DNA of 64,000 nucleotides from Squalus acanthias. Lineage: Eukaryota. The notes under the pieces were generated by a model. That model was not told where the DNA came from. It did no database searches and saw nothing but the letters and a program-made list of their open reading frames with translations. The first letter of the stretch is position 1; each line of letters opens with the position of its first letter. The translations under genes and the position numbers were made by a program. The stretch covers positions 178,252,001 through 178,316,000 of the forward strand of contig CM059425.1 in NCBI GenBank assembly GCA_030390025.1, written 5' to 3'. Shown here piece after piece: positions 36,782 through 51,253 of this stretch.

Positions 36782-37231
36782 CTATAGTTACATTCTAAAC
36801 TGCCCAACCTTTAACTTTAACTTGTAGATTTCAATTTATTTGGAATTGCATTTTTCATCAGTATATACATGGGGTTTCTTTTTTCATAATGAAATTGTTT
36901 ATTTTACACTTATAATTCAACTAATAATTAAAATAAATGTAAATGTACACTGAAAACTGGTCTGGTCTCAAATTGGCAATTCACATCAAAGAACCTCTAA
37001 ACTGTCAGTCTGTTAAAAGCAAATTAAACCTTGTTTACAATCTTATTTTGGTTTGGGTGGAAGAAGTTAACTTTATAAGAGCAATCTTGGAATGTAATGA
37101 GCTACCACTCAAAGCTAACTGTTTTTACAATTACTGTATGTTAAAACTCCTTTCTTAGTTGTCTTTCTGCAGTGCTGATTAGAAACTCTCGCATTGGTCA
37201 TTGGTACAGTACTAATCAATTACTATTTTAG

Positions 37232-37342
37232 GATGAACATTCGTTTAATGAAGAAGAGAAAGAAAAACTTCAAGCAGCACTTTCTCTGGAAAAACAAGAT
37301 CTCCGCTTGGTGCTTGAAACTGTATCTTTTATCCTGGAGCAG
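37232..37342 (+). CDS. COMMD10: COMMD10 exon 3
   Basis: [37 protein letters not shown], with AG/GT boundaries. Confidence 0.96.
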
Positions 37343-37769
37343 GTAAAATAATGGGAAATCACGTTACATAATATTTGGACTCGGTAATGTTCCTTTTTTG
37401 AATTAATATCTTTCAAATACTTGGCAAAATTGTTGCACTGAGCAGTATGGCATTTTATAAAAGTTGTGGAACGATAGTAAAGGTTCTTGAGGTTTGACAA
37501 GAGAAAGCTAACTCATTTACTTAGAGATATATTGCGTGTCTAAAATGGTAGAGTTTGGTTTGTGTGAATTGTCAGCATACATTAAAGTGGTTAGTGACAA
37601 TGTTGGGTGTCTAAAATTCCCTAGCATAGGACAGCAACATTCCAGACAGTTTTCTGAAAAGAGGTCAGAGAATTGCCTTGCAATTAATGATTTCTTGTAA
37701 AGTTTGAGTTTAACTATCAACAACCAACAACTTTCTTCCATATTTTTCTCCCAGTGCCACATGCAAGTG

Positions 37770-40765
37770 AGTATAGGAGCAATAAGATAAGGCAGGTTAA
37801 TGCATGGTTGGAAAAATGGTGCAGGAGGGAGGACTTCCTATACCTGGGGCAGGAAGTACCTGTACAAGATGGACCGGTTCCACCTCAACAGGGCTGCGAC
37901 CAATGTCCTTGCGGGGAGGTTAACTAGTGCTGTGGTGGTGGGTTTAAACTAATTTAGCAGGGGGAGAGGTGCCAGCATGAAGCATTGGGGAGGAGCAACA
38001 AACAGGGAAAGGCAAGCCGCATTAGAAAAAGAGTAGTTCAGAAATGAGAGGGATCGGACACTGGGGAAATGCGTGGCAGGCTAGGATGGGTTTGGAGTAC
38101 ATGTGCATAAATGCACAGAATGTGGTGGTAAATAAGGTTGGTGAACTGTAAGCACAAATTACCACATAGGATTATGGTGTAGTGGCAATAACGTGGACCT
38201 GGCTCAAACAAGAGGAGGAATGGGCACTTGATATTCCTGGCTGCAAGGTATTCAGGAAAGATATGGAAGGAAAAAAAGGCAGGGGCAGTATTGATCAAAG
38301 ATACTGTTACAGCACTGGAAAGGGATGATGTACTTCAAAGACAGAATATATTTGGTTGGAATTAAGGAACAATAGAGGAGCTATTACGCTGCTGGGTGTA
38401 CACTATAGGCCACCAAGTAGTAGGAAGGACGTAGAGAGCAAATTTGCAGACAAATTTCAAAAGACACAAGAACTATAGAGTTGTGATAATGGGGGACTTC
38501 AATTATCCTAATATGGACTGGGAAAATAACAGTGTTAAGAGCAAAGAGGAGGAGGAATTCCTGAAATGTGTACAAGAGAACTTTCTTGATCAGTATGTTT
38601 CCAGCCCAATGAGGAAGGAAGCATTGCTGGATCTAGTTCTGGGGAATGAAGTGGGCCAAGTGGAGCATTTGGGAAACACTGATCACTATCATTAGGCTTA
38701 GAGTGGTTATGGAAAAGGACGAGGAACAATCAAATGTGAAAATACTCAACTGGAGGAGGACTAATTTCAATGAGTTGAAAGCCGATCTGGCACAGGTGTA
38801 TTGGAATCAAAGATTAACAGATAAAACTGTAAATGAGCAATTGGAGGCCTTCAAAGAGAGGATAGTTTGGGTACAGACTAGACACATTCTCACGAGGGGG
38901 AAAGGAAGAGCATCCACAGCTAGAGCTCCCTGGATGACTAAAGATATAGAGATTAAAATGAAACTAAAAAGGGAGGCTTATGATAAATGCCAGGCTCACA
39001 ATACAGTAGAGAACCAAGCTGAAGACAGAAAGGACAGAGGAGAACTGAAAAAGGAATGAGAGGCAAAGAGAGTGTATAAGAATAGATTAGCAGGTAACAT
39101 AAAACGGAACCCAAAAGTCTTTTATAAACATGTAAGGTGGGGCTGATTTAGGGACCAAAAAAGAGATCTTGTGGAGGTAGAGGGCATGGCTGAGCTACTT
39201 ATTAAGTACATTACATCTGTCCTCTTCATTAAAGAAGAGGATGCTGCCAATGTCACAGTAAAGGAGGAGGTAGTAGAGAAATTGGATAGGATAAAAATAG
39301 ATAAAGAGGAGGTACTTAAAAAGTTGGCTGCGCTCAAAGTAGAAAAGTCACCCAGTCCAGATGGGATGCATCCTAGTCTGCTGAAGGAAGCAAGGGTAGA
39401 GATAGCAGAGGCTCTGGCCACAATCTTCTAATTCTCATAGATATGGGAACAGTGCCAGAGGACTGGATGTTTGCATATGCTATACCCCTGTTAAACAAAG
39501 GGGAGAGGGATAAACCCGGTAACTGCATGCCAGTCAGCCTAACGTCGGTGGTGGGGGAACTTCTAGAGACAATAATCAGAGACAAAATTAATTGGCACTT
39601 GGGAAAATATGTGTTAATAAATGACATCCAGCACAGATTTGTTAATGGTAAATCGTGTTTGACTAACTTCATTGAGTTCTTTTGAAGTAACAGAGAGGGT
39701 TGATGTGTATATGGACTTTCAAAGGCGGTTTGATAAAAGTACCACATAATAGACTTATTCGCAAAATTGAAGCACATAGGATTAAAGGGGCTGTGACAGA
39801 ATGGATACAAAATGGGCCAAGAGACAGAAAGCAGAAAGTAGTGGTGAACGGCTGTTTTTCAGACTGGAGGAAAGTATACAGTGGTGCCCCCCAGAGGTCA
39901 GTATTGGGACCAGTGCTCTTTTGCTGTATATTAATGACCTGGACTTGGGTATACACAGCTTAATTTCAAAGTTTGCAGATGACACGAAACTCGGAAATGT
40001 AGTAAACAGTGAGGAGGATAATAACAGACTGGTGAAATGGGAGACACATGGCAGTTGCAATTTAATGCAGAGAAGTGTGAAGTGAGGAATTTTGGTAGGA
40101 AGAATGAGGAGAGGCAATATGAACTAAATGGTGCAATTTTGAAGGGGTGGAGGAACAGAGAGACCTGGGGGTGTACATACACAAACATTTGAAGGTAGCA
40201 GGACACGTTGATAAGGTTATTAAAGCATAGGGAATCCTTGGCTTTATAAGCAGTGGCATAGAGTATAAAAGAGGGAAAAGATGCAGAGGAGATTTACTAG
40301 AATGGTACCAGGAATGCAGGACTTCCGTTATGTGGAGAGACTAGGGAAACTGGGGTTTTTCTCCTTAGAGCAGAGAAGGTTAAAGGGACATTTAATAGAG
40401 GTGTTCAAAATCATGACGGGTTTTGATGGAATAAATAAGGACAAACTGCTTCCAGTGGCAGACGGATTGGTAACCAGAGGACACAGATTTAAGGTGATTG
40501 GCAAAAGAACAAAGGCGACATGAGGAGAAATGTTTTTATGCAGCAAGTTATTATGATGTGAAATGCGCTGCCTGAAAGGGTGGTGGAAGCAGATTCAATA
40601 ATAACTTTCAAAAGGGAATTGGGTAAATACTTGAACTGGGAATAATTTTCAGGGCTATGGGGAAAGAGCAGGGGTGTGGGGCTAATTGGAAAGCTCTTTC
40701 AAAGAGCCGGCACAGGCACGATGGGCCGAAAGACCTCCTGTGCTGTATCACTCTATGATTTCGAT
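37770..40765 (+). mobile_element. Decayed long CR1 (ORF1 end plus fragmented ORF2)
   Basis: Successive frameshifted APE and RT pieces (GDFN, FADD) and a CR1 3'UTR. Confidence 0.9.
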
Positions 40766-41004
40766 ATTTGATTGGGGTTTGACTATATAAACTTGTCACT
40801 TTCTGCAATCTGGCTGCTGGGAACACACACATCACTCAAAATGCTTTCTGAATTTTTTTCTGAGTAACTGAAATATCTATTGTCCTAAGGGTTTAAACAA
40901 AAAAAGTTTTACAAAAATGCACATTCACAGTAATACGAAATTGATCCATTGAATTTTCTTTAAGTGCTTTCATAAAAGCTATTGCTTGAAGATGTCTCTC
41001 TCTG

Positions 41005-44000
41005 GCAGGGGGTTGGGAACCTGTGCAGGGAGACAGAGGAAAGGGAAGCAAGGATAGAAGCAAAAGACAGGAAGGAGAAAAGCAAAAGTGGCAGTCAGAG
41101 AAATCAAGGGTGTAAATCAAACATGGCCACAGTAAATAATCATTCTAAAAGGTCTAAGAGTGTTAAAAAAACAAGCCTGAATGCTTTGTGTCTTAATGCG
41201 AGGAGCATTCGTAATAAGGTGGATGAATTAGCTGCGCAAATAGATGTAAACGGATATGATATAATTGGGATTATGGAGACATGGCTCCAGGGTGACCAAG
41301 GCTAGGAATTCAACATCCAGGGGTATTCAATATTCAGGAAAGACAGGCAAAAACGAAAAGGAGGTGGGGTAGCATTGCTGGTTAAAGAGGAGATTAACAC
41401 AATAGTAAGGAAGGATATTGGCTCTGATGATGTGGAATCTGTATGGGTAGAGCTGAGAAATACCAAGGGGCAGAAAACATTAGTGGGAGTTGTATACAGA
41501 CCCCCAAACAGTAATGCTGAGGTTGGGGATAGCATTAAACGGGAAGTTAGAGACGCATGCAATAAGGGCACAGCAGTTATCATGGGTGACTTTAATCTAC
41601 ATATAGATTGGGCTAACCAAATTAGTAACAATACTGCGGAGGAGGAATTCCTGGAGTGTATACGGGATGGTTTCCTGGACCAATATGTCGAGGAACCAAC
41701 TAGAGATCAGGCCATCTTAGACTGGGTATTATGTAATGAGAAAGGATTAATTAGCAATCTTGTTGTGCGAGGCCCCTTGGGGAGGAGCGATCATAATATG
41801 ACAGAATTCTTCATTAAGATGGAGAGTGAAGTAGTTGACTCAGGGACTAGGGTCCTGAATTGAAATAAAGGAACTACGATGGTATGAGGTGCGAGTTGGC
41901 TAGGATGGTTTGGGGAATGTTACTTAAAGGGTTGACGGTGGATAGGCAATGGCAAACATTTAAAGATCGCATGGGTGAACTACAGAATTTGTTCATCCCT
42001 GTTTGGCATAAAAATAAAACAAAAAAGGTGACTCAACCGTGGCTAACAAGGGAAATTAGGGATAGCATAAGATCCAAGGAGAGGACATATAAATTGGCCA
42101 GAAAAAGCAGCAAACCTGAGGATTGGGAGCAGTTTAGGATTCAGCAAAGGAGGACAAAGGGATTAATTAAGAGGGGGGAAATCGAGTAGGAGAGTAAGCT
42201 TGCAGGGAACATAAAAACTGACTGTAAAAGCTTCTATAGATAAAGTCAAGCGTAGGTCCCTTGCAGTCAGAATCAGGGTAATTTATAATGGGGAACAAAG
42301 AAATGGCAGACCAATTAAATACATACTTTGGTTCTGTCTTCACAAAGGAGGACACAAATAACCTCCCAGAGATGTCAGGGAACATAGGGGTCTAATGAGC
42401 GGGAGGAACTGAATGAAATCAGTATTTGTAGGGAAATGGTGTTAGGGAAATTGACGGGATTGAAGGCCGATAAATCCCCTGGGCCTGATAATCTACATCC
42501 TAGGGTACTTAAGGAAGTGGCCCTTGAAATAGTAGATGCATTGCTGGTCATCTTCCAAAATTCTATAGACTCTGGAACAGTTCCCATGGATTGGAGGGTA
42601 GCTAATGTAACCCCACTATTTAAAAAAAGGTGGTAGAGAGAAAACGTTGAATTATAGACCGGTAAGCCTGACGTCGGTAGTGGGGAAAATGCTAGAGTCC
42701 ATTATAAAAGATGTAATAGCAGAGCACTTGGAAAACAGTGACAGGATCGGGCAAAGTCAACATGGATTTACAAAAGGTAAATCATGCTTGACTAATCTAC
42801 TGGAATTTTTTGAGGATGTAACTGGTAGAATAGATACGGGAGAACCAGTGGATGTGGTGCATTTGGACTTTCAGAAGGCTTTCGATAAGGTCCCGCATAA
42901 GAGATTAGCATGCAATGTTAAAGCACATGGGATTGGGGGTAAGGTACTGACTTGGATAGAGAACTGGTTGGCAGACAGGAAGCAAAGAGTTGGAATAAAC
43001 GGGTCTTTTTCCAAGTGACATGCAGTGACTAGTGGAGTACCGCAGGGATCGGTGCTAGGACCCCAGTTATTCACAATATATATTAATGATCTAGACGAGG
43101 GAACTAGATGTAATATCTCCAAGTTTGCAGACGACACAAAGCTGGGTGAGCGTGTGTGCTGTGAGGAGGATGCAGAGAAACTCCAGTATGATTTGGACAG
43201 GTTGGGTGATGTGGCAGATGCAGTATAATGCGAGGTTATCCACTTTGGTGGCAAAAACAGGAAGGCAGATTATTATCTGAACGGCAATAGATTGGGAAAA
43301 GGGGAAGTGCAGCGACACTTGGGTGTCCTTGTGCACCAGTCGCTGAAGGTAAGCATGCAGGTGCAGCAGGCGGTTAAGAAGGCAAATGGTATGTTGGCCT
43401 TCATAGCGAGAGGATTCGAGTACAGGAGCAAGGATGTCTTGCTGCAGTTGTACAGGGTCTTGGTGAGACCACACCTTGAGTATTGTGTGCAGTTTTGGTC
43501 GCCTTATCTGAGGAAGGATGTTCTTGCCATGGAGGGAGTGCAGCGAAGATTCACCAGACTGATACCTGGGATGGCAGGAATGACGTATGAAAAGAGATTG
43601 GGTCGATTAGGCTTATATTCGCTAGAGTTTCGAAGAATGAGAGGGGATCTCATTGAAACTTATAAAATTCTAACAGGACTAGACAGACTAGATGCAGGAA
43701 GGATGTTTCCGATGGTTCTGGACTCCCCCGCCAGAGGTCACAGTCTAAGGATAAGGGGTAAGCCATTTAGGACTGAGATGAGGAGGAATTTCTTCACCCA
43801 GAGAGTGGTGAACCTGTGGAATTCTCTACCACAGAAGGCAGTTGAGGCCAATTCATTAAATATATTCAAGAAGGAGTTAGATATATTTCTTAAGGCTAAA
43901 GGGATCAAGGGATATGGGGAGAAGGCAGGAACAGGGTACTGAATTTGGATGATCAGCCATGATCTCATTAAATGGCGGAACAGGCTCGAGGGGCCGAATG

Positions 44001-44032
44001 GCCTACTCCTGCTCCTATCGTCTATGTTTCTC
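41005..44032 (+). mobile_element. Long CR1 with a complete but disrupted ORF2
   Basis: LCLNARSI...[23 protein letters not shown], and C-terminal ORF 43292-43942. Confidence 0.93.
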
Positions 44033-45483
44033 CCAAACGGTTATGCTTGTTGTTGATATATTTGCCCAGACTTGGGCCTTCGTGTGAGCTGAATTAGGAT
44101 TGTTCGTTCGAGTAACTATGGTATTGATGCACTTGTTTCTTCAGCTTCCAGCGCTTTCTGACCAGTAGCTAATCTTCAATAATTATGGAAATAAAAGAGG
44201 GCAGATTTCAAAAGCTTTATTCAGGTTTAATTTATGTTGATCCCGTGTGTGAGGAATACAAGTTACACACCTGTTGTAGCTTTTGCTTTGTTCTATAATT
44301 TTCAGAAAAATGCATTCAGATGAGAGACAGGGTGAGAGTCTTTGTTCATGCTGATGCTCAGTTTTCAAAAAATAAGAAACACAAGTTGAATTTTGAAGCG
44401 AATAATCTTCACCTGTGTTTTGCTGGCAGAAAAGGCCAACAAATTTGTTGGCTTCAAAATTCAACTGGCACTTTTTTTCTAATTAAGATATTAGCATGGG
44501 AATGAGACTCACTCTGGTTAATGCACTTTCCAAAGTTTATGGAACACAAAAAGTAAGCTACAACAGGTGTATATTCAGTGCACTGTCATTGTTCACTGTT
44601 ACTATTCCATTTTCTTCTGCAGACGCAACCCCTCTAGTTTATTATTTTAAAACATTTAAAACGCTATTTAAAAAGAAAACACTATATAAATTTTACCTTT
44701 AGTGTTTCTTCAAATAATTTTGAAAAGCTTTAGGACTGGAACTGTCAGAAACTAAAGAAAAAAATTCCATCGGTGCAGCTTACTGAACAGTGCCAGTACC
44801 TCCTGGGAGTTGTCCCTGTCCATGCTCAGACAACACAATCCAGATTCAGTTCACCGCATCACAGCTTGGGGGAAAAATATCAAATCCAAGCTCCGGCTTC
44901 TGGGAAACCTGAAGCCTTTACGGAAAAATGTTAATGAATGCATTAAACACAATTGGGTGGATAAATGTCATCATGTCAATGTGAAATATGTTTATTTGTT
45001 TAGACTTGTATTTGGGATATTAGGAATTTTAGTTGCTGAGATAAAAAGGCAGATGAGAAAATATTTTGTCTCATTTGTGGGAACGCGGTGGCTGGATTGC
45101 ATTGAAAGCTAAGTTTACATGGGGTGGGGGGGGTGGGAAGAAACATTATAAATGCAGATATTTGAATTGATAATGAGGAGAAAATTGACACACAAAGTGA
45201 GATTCAAAGCTTGACAGCAGGAAGTCAAGTTGTTCCGGCCAGAAGTGTACACAGATGTAAGATTATAATATATAGGTATATGGTGTTTGATCACATACAC
45301 TGAGTGCCCGAAAGCAGGGGTTCTCAACCTTTTTACTTCCGAGGCTCCCCTCCTGTGTTATAAAAATTCCACGGACCCCCTGCAACACAACACAAGTATT
45401 TTTTCTGTAAAAATTAGTTATTAGTGATTAATAGCGCTATTGCACCTTTTGTAAAGAAGAATTTATTAAGTCCTAAATTTACA

Positions 45484-45636
45484 TAAGCAAAATACTGCGC
45501 ATGCTGGAAATCTGAAATAAAAACGGGAAATGTTGGAAATACTCAGCAAGTCAGGCAGCATCTGTGGAAGGAGAAACGGAGTTAACGTTTCAGTTCTGAC
45601 GAAAGGTCATCGACCTGAAATGTTAACTCTGTTTTA
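45484..45636. mobile_element. 153-bp Penelope-derived inverted pLTR unit
   Basis: Minus-strand pLTR end followed by a plus-strand hammerhead. 13-bp TSD TCCTAAATTTACA (45471-45483, 45637-45649). Confidence 0.85.
45592..45628 (+). ncRNA. Minimal hammerhead ribozyme motif
   Basis: AGTT-CTGACGA-A-AGGTC-ATC-GACCT-GAAAT-GTT-AACT. Confidence 0.7.
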
Positions 45637-46959
45637 TCCTAAATTTACACTGTGCTCATTTGTTGTCCAAGGTCTGCTCCACCCCATCAACCATTTTCTA
45701 AACAGGAAATTAACCACGAGCCTCGTTTTGTGCACACTCGGTCGGACTGAACTAAAACTCCAGGTCCACGTCCTCCATTTCGGAAACAGAACTTCCCTCT
45801 TACTTCAATACCAAACCCCAACAAGGCGGTGAAAGCCAGCAACTTGAATTAACTATCAGTAATGGCGGAGGTGGATGGCACGTCAGAGAAATGGAGAATT
45901 AAACAGGGCCCTGAGCGACTTTACCCACCTGACCTCATCACCAAAAATCCTTTAGTGACAAAGGCAGCCCCCCCACTCTCCTCCTCCCCAACCCTTTCAC
46001 AAATAGCCACTGGTATCTCAAAGGACACGAGCGCCCAGACTCTGCCTATCCGTCCATCAGAAAGCACATGGCCATGAATATAAAGCTCCGAGTCTGAGGT
46101 ACGAGGAAAATCGTGATAACGCCTTCAGCTATTTTATTAACTCTGACTGAAGACATTGAAGGAGAAAGCCACACCGGATCCTGATTATTACGGTCTTGTC
46201 GCAGGCCCAGAGATTGGAAAGTCTCCTTTCCTCCCCCCCGCCAACCCCATGCCCCCCTCCATGACCACGTGGTGCACATGCTTTCTCCATTGACTGTGCC
46301 ACCTCCCCATCTCAATGACACGCAAAGGGACTTGTCTAACCTTACAAATGGTGTCCCAACAGTAAGAACCTGAATTGACTGCTCATGCACAGTCTTTGTA
46401 TCGCTGAGACGATTCTACTCATCCCAATATACAGGCCAGAAATATCATTAGTCTCCCCTGAAATCTTCACTGCGGACCCCTGGTTGAGAACCCCTGCCCT
46501 AAAGAACATGTATAAAGTATCCAAATGTCTGTTGGTCACCTGACATTATGTCCCATTCTCAGACCAATGCCACTGTTCCCAAGCCAGAAATTTCACCTCC
46601 CTTCAAAATCTAGTTTTGGCGGAGCCCAGAACCGGCTTTCAAGGTGCCGGGTAGAATTCCACCGTTTTGGGCAAGTCCTTGCTTTTTAATGTGTTGATAC
46701 TTGGTGTGGATACATTTGTTACAATTAGCTATGTTGTCTAGATCTGGAGTTGATGTAACCATTCTGCTGGCTTCAGAGTGAAGGGGTAAATTGTGACAAG
46801 TGAAAAGTTGGAGCACCATCAATAAGTTAGAGAATCACATCTCCGCTTAAATAGAAAATCAAGAAAATGCAGCAACTTTACTTCTGTCTATTCAGTTTAT
46901 TTGACAGGTTTTCAAATGTGTGTTTGAGTTTTCACTTTACTTCTGTCATTTCTTATTAG

Positions 46960-47115
46960 GCAGCCTATTACAACATGAAGCCTGCTGCTCTTCAACAACA
47001 ATTAGAAAATATCCACCTAAGTCAAGAGAAGGCTGAGGCCTTTGCCCAGGCCTGGACAAATATGGGCCAAGATATTGTTGAAAAATTGAGGCAAAATACT
47101 TTTGCTCCAAAAAAG
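46960..47115 (+). CDS. COMMD10: COMMD10 exon 4
   Basis: [52 protein letters not shown], with AG/GT boundaries. Confidence 0.96.
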
Positions 47116-47406
47116 GTAATACAAGTCGAGATGGTCAAAAATGAAATGAGGTTTCCTTTTTTAAAAAGAAAGAACTTGCATTTATATATCACCTTCTCAT
47201 ATGACAGAAATATCCCTAAGCACTTCATGTACAATGAATTACTTTGAAGTATAGTTACTGTTGTTTATCACCATAGAAGTGGCAGCCGCATATGGCATAG
47301 ACATGAATGATCAGTTCATTTGTGTTTGGTAATGTGGGTGGGAAAGAATGGGCCACGACCCTGGGAAAATTACCTGCTATTTTTCAAATGGTGCTATATA
47401 ACCTTT

Positions 47407-48487
47407 AATAGAAACATAGAAAACATAGAAGATAGGAGCAGGAGTAGGCCATTCGGCCCCTCGAGCCTGCTCCGCCGTTCGATGAGATCATGGCTGATCA
47501 TCCAAACTCAGTACCCTGTACCTGCCTTCTCCCCATATCCCTTGATACCTTTAGCTTTAAGAAATATATCTAACTCATTCTTGAATATATTTAATGACTT
47601 GGCCTCAACTACCTTCTGTGGTAGAGAATTCCACAGGTTCACCACTCTCTGGGTGAAGAAATTCTTCCTCATTTCTGTCCTAAATGGCTTACCCCTTATC
47701 CTTAGATTATGACCCCTGGTTCTGGACTCTCCGACCATCGGGAACATTCTTCCTGCATCTAGTTTGTCCAGACCTGTCAGAATTTTATATGTTTCGATGA
47801 GATCCCCTCTCATTCTTCTATACTCCAGCGAGTACAAGCCCAATCGACCCAATCTCTCCTCATATGTCATTCCTGCCATCCCAGGTATCAGCCTTGTGAA
47901 TCTTCGCTGAACTCCTTCCATGGCAAGAACATCCTTCCTCAGATAAGGCGACCAAAACTGCACACAGTACTCAAGGTGTGGTCTCACCAAGGCCCTGTAC
48001 AACTGCAGCAGGACATCCCTGTTCCTATACTCAAACCCTTTCGCTATGAAGGCCAACATGCCATTTGCCTTCTTCACCGCCTGCTGCACCTGCATGCTTA
48101 CCTTCAGCGACTGGTGCACAAGGACACCCAGGTCTCGTTGCACTTCCCCTTCTCCCAATCTATTGCCATTCAGATAATAGTCTGCCTTTCTGTTTTTGAC
48201 ACCAAAGTGGATAACCTCGCATTTATCCACGTTATATTGCATCTGCCACGCTTCTGCCCACTCGCCCAACCTGTCCAAATCATCCTGGAGTTTCTCAGTA
48301 TCCTCCTCGCAGCACACACGCCCACCCAGCTTTGTGTCATCTACAATCTTGGAGATATTACATTTAGTTCCCTTCTCTAGATCATTAATATATATTGTGA
48401 ATAGCTGGGGTCCAAGGACCGAACCCTGCGGTACCCCACTAGTCACTGCCTGCCACTCGGAAAAAGACCCATTAATTCCTACTATCA
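47407..48487 (-). mobile_element. Young 5'-truncated CR1, apparently inserted in a decayed SINE (~47165-48608)
   Basis: Open 337-aa frame 47508-48521 covering RT to the C-terminus, with a (CTATGTTT)n tail. SINE-like sequence lies on both sides. Confidence 0.92.
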
Positions 48488-48612
48488 CGTGAACCACTAG
48501 AACATGTTGATGTGGCCTCAATTTAACATCTCATTTGAAAGATGGCAGCAGTCACTCAGTATTGTACTGGAGTGTCTAGATAATATCTTGGAATGGGGCT
48601 TAAATCCATATT

Positions 48613-48728
48613 GGGGGTGAAATTGGTCTTCGGCAATAGCGCAAAATGGGTGATAGCAAATCGACAGCCTGTTTTACACAACGCCCAATGTTCTTTTCCA
48701 CTGACTTCAATTAACCAATATCACCCCC
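48613..48728. mobile_element. 116-bp Harbinger-type MITE
   Basis: TIR GGGGGTGAAATTGG / CCAATATCACCCCC, TSD ATT. Confidence 0.85.
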
Positions 48729-49020
48729 ATTGTGTTTGTTAGAAATATAGATAACCTTAATTTACTGATTGTCCCTAATACTGAAGAACACGTAACCCCC
48801 TCTTTGAAGTAAATTTATATACACAGCTACTGAATCTCCTATGGTGTTGCACATGGTGAGTCAAGACCAAGTGCTGTATTAAGTTAAGCAGGGTTAGAAT
48901 GCGGAGGCAGGGAAATAGGCCAAGGTGGGAGAGGAGGCAGATACAGAAGTAGTATGAAAATGTATTCCAATGTGTAACATCTATTCTGCATTAATATCTT
49001 AAATTTAATCATATTTACAG

Positions 49021-49131
49021 CTTGAAAAAATTGGGTGGTGCCTTAACCTTGAAATGGGCCAGTCAACACAAGCCAAAATGAAGTCTCCTCATGCTATTCT
49101 TGAGCTTGGAGTCAACAGTGAAGACTCTGAG
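49021..49131 (+). CDS. COMMD10: COMMD10 exon 5 (start of COMM domain)
   Basis: LEKIGWCLNLEMGQSTQAKMKSPHAILELGVNSEDSE, with AG/GT boundaries. Later exons were not found in the window. Confidence 0.96.
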
Positions 49132-49563
49132 GTAAATGAAAGAGAAATATTATAAAGAGGAAAGCTGTTTTGTAATGCTAATTGGTATAGTTTATATTAG
49201 CCAGCTGCAACCATTCAGATGTATATCCCAGCATTGTACATCCGGGCCCAAAAATATTTTGTGATTAAATGACTTGAGCCAGTGCAGGGTTTTCTTTTGT
49301 GTGTCTCTTTCCTCCTCCCCCTTTCTCCTTGACTCCTGCTCAGTTACACTTCTATGGGCATTGCTTACCTTCCCATACCTCACTCAAGTAGCTCTTTTTC
49401 TTGCATGAGCCTACGCATTAACTGTTGGCATGTTATTTAATTGAGATTGGTGCCGTGGAACTGTGCACCAGCATAAGTGACCACTTTCGGGAGAGGAAGG
49501 GAGGAAAATTATATATTTTTGGTAAAATAGCAATGGTAAGTAAGTTAGCTTACTTATATATGT

Positions 49564-50707
49564 CTTCTTCTTAGGCAGTCCCTTGGAACCGAGGATAACT
49601 TGCTTCCACACTAAAAAATGAGTTCTCAGGTGACTGATGAGTCCAATGCGGGACCTACAGTCTCTGTCACAGGTGGGGCAGACGGTGGTTCAAGGGGCGG
49701 GTGGGTGGGGTGCTTGGGTTGACGTGCGCTCCTTCCGCTGTTTGTGCTTGGCTTCCGCTTGCTCCTGGCGAAGAGACTCGAGATGTTCAGCGCCTTCCCG
49801 GATGCTTCGCCTCCACTTTGTGCGTTCTTGGGCCAGGAATTCCCAGGTGTCGGTGGGGATGTTACACTTTTTCAAGGAGGCTTTGAGGGTGTCCTTGAAG
49901 CGTTTCCTCTGCCCACCTGGGGCTCTCTTGCCGTGTCGGAGCTCCGAGTAGAGCGCTTGTTTTGGGAGTCTCGTATAGGGCATGCGGACGATGTGACCCG
50001 TCCATCGGAGCTAATCGAGCGTGGTCAAAGCTTCGATGCTGGGGATGTTGGCCTGATCGAGAACACTGACGTTGGTGCGCCTATCCTGCCAATGGATTTG
50101 CAGGATCTTGCAGAGGCAGCGTTGGTGGTACCTCTCCGGTGCTTTGAGGTGCCTGCTGTACATGGTCCATGTCTCTGAAGCATACAGGAGGGCGGGTATC
50201 ACTACTGCTCTGCAGACCATGGGCTTGGTGCTGGGTTTGAGGTCCTGGTCTTCAAACACTCTCTTCCTCAAGCGACCGAAGGCTGCACTGGCACACTGAA
50301 GACGGTGTTGGACTTCGTCATGGACTTCGTCATTGACGTCTTCCCTTGTTGACAGTAGGCTCCCGAGGTATGGAAAGTGGTCCATGTTGTCCAAGGCCTC
50401 GTCATGGATTTTGATAATCGGGGAGCAGTACTGTGTGGCGGGTGCAGGTTGGTAGAGGACCTTTGTCTTACGGATGTTTAGTGTAAGGCCCATGCTCTCG
50501 TGCGTTTCGGTGAAGGTGTTGACGATGGTTTGGAGTTCGACCTCCGAGTGTGCGCAGACGCAAGCGTCGTCTGCATACTGTAATTCGATGACAGAGGATG
50601 GGATGACCTTGGATCTGGACTGGAGGTGACGGAGGTTGAACAGTTTCCCGTTTGTTCTGTAGATTAGCTCCACTCCAGCGGGGAGCTTACTGAGGGTGAG
50701 CTCCCCA
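49564..50707 (-). mobile_element. 5'-truncated RTE-clade LINE
   Basis: ELQYADD...FPYLGS...LLYASETW with an (AAG)n tail. 10-bp TSD TTATATATGT (49554-49563, 50708-50717). Confidence 0.93.
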
Positions 50708-51253
50708 TTATATATGTAATGGTTTATTTACAGGGTAGTACCTTTCTCAGATATGATAACAATATCTTAGAGTGGTCTGATGCTGATCTAAGGAAAAGTC
50801 ATAGCATAGTGTGTTTATGAAAGATGTGGAACACGATCAGCACTGTCACTACTGGTCAGTAAAGGCTGAGATTGGAGGTGTATTACTCAAAAGAAATGGC
50901 AGGTTTTTTGCATTATTTTAGGTGTTCCCATATCTATAGCGATTCCAGTCAGGACATTCTCTCCTTAAGAACAGAGTAGTGAAAAATCCCAACATTCAGT
51001 GGCATATTGAGGTTCAGATTTCTCTTCTGCCTCACCTGCACCCCCCCTCAAAATTGGCATCAACAAAAAATACACAATCATTCTTCCAGCCTTTCAACTC
51101 TTAAAATGGATCACGGTTTTTGTAATCATGCCACAGATGGGGAACAGAAGCAAGAGAGAGGCTTTTTTTTATTGATGTGTGGAAATTCTGCACTAATCTT
51201 CCATAAAATCCAGTCCCTCACCACTGATTCCCTTTCACAGTCACAGTCTCGGA

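Larger units (their letters stand above)
45315..46496. mobile_element. hAT-type non-autonomous DNA transposon
   Basis: Perfect 15-bp TIR CAGGGGTTCTCAACC with 8-bp TSD CCCGAAAG/CCCTAAAG. Confidence 0.9.

Noticed and set aside
46975..47247. 90-aa standalone ORF
   Set aside because: It is COMMD10 exon 4 reading through into the intron.
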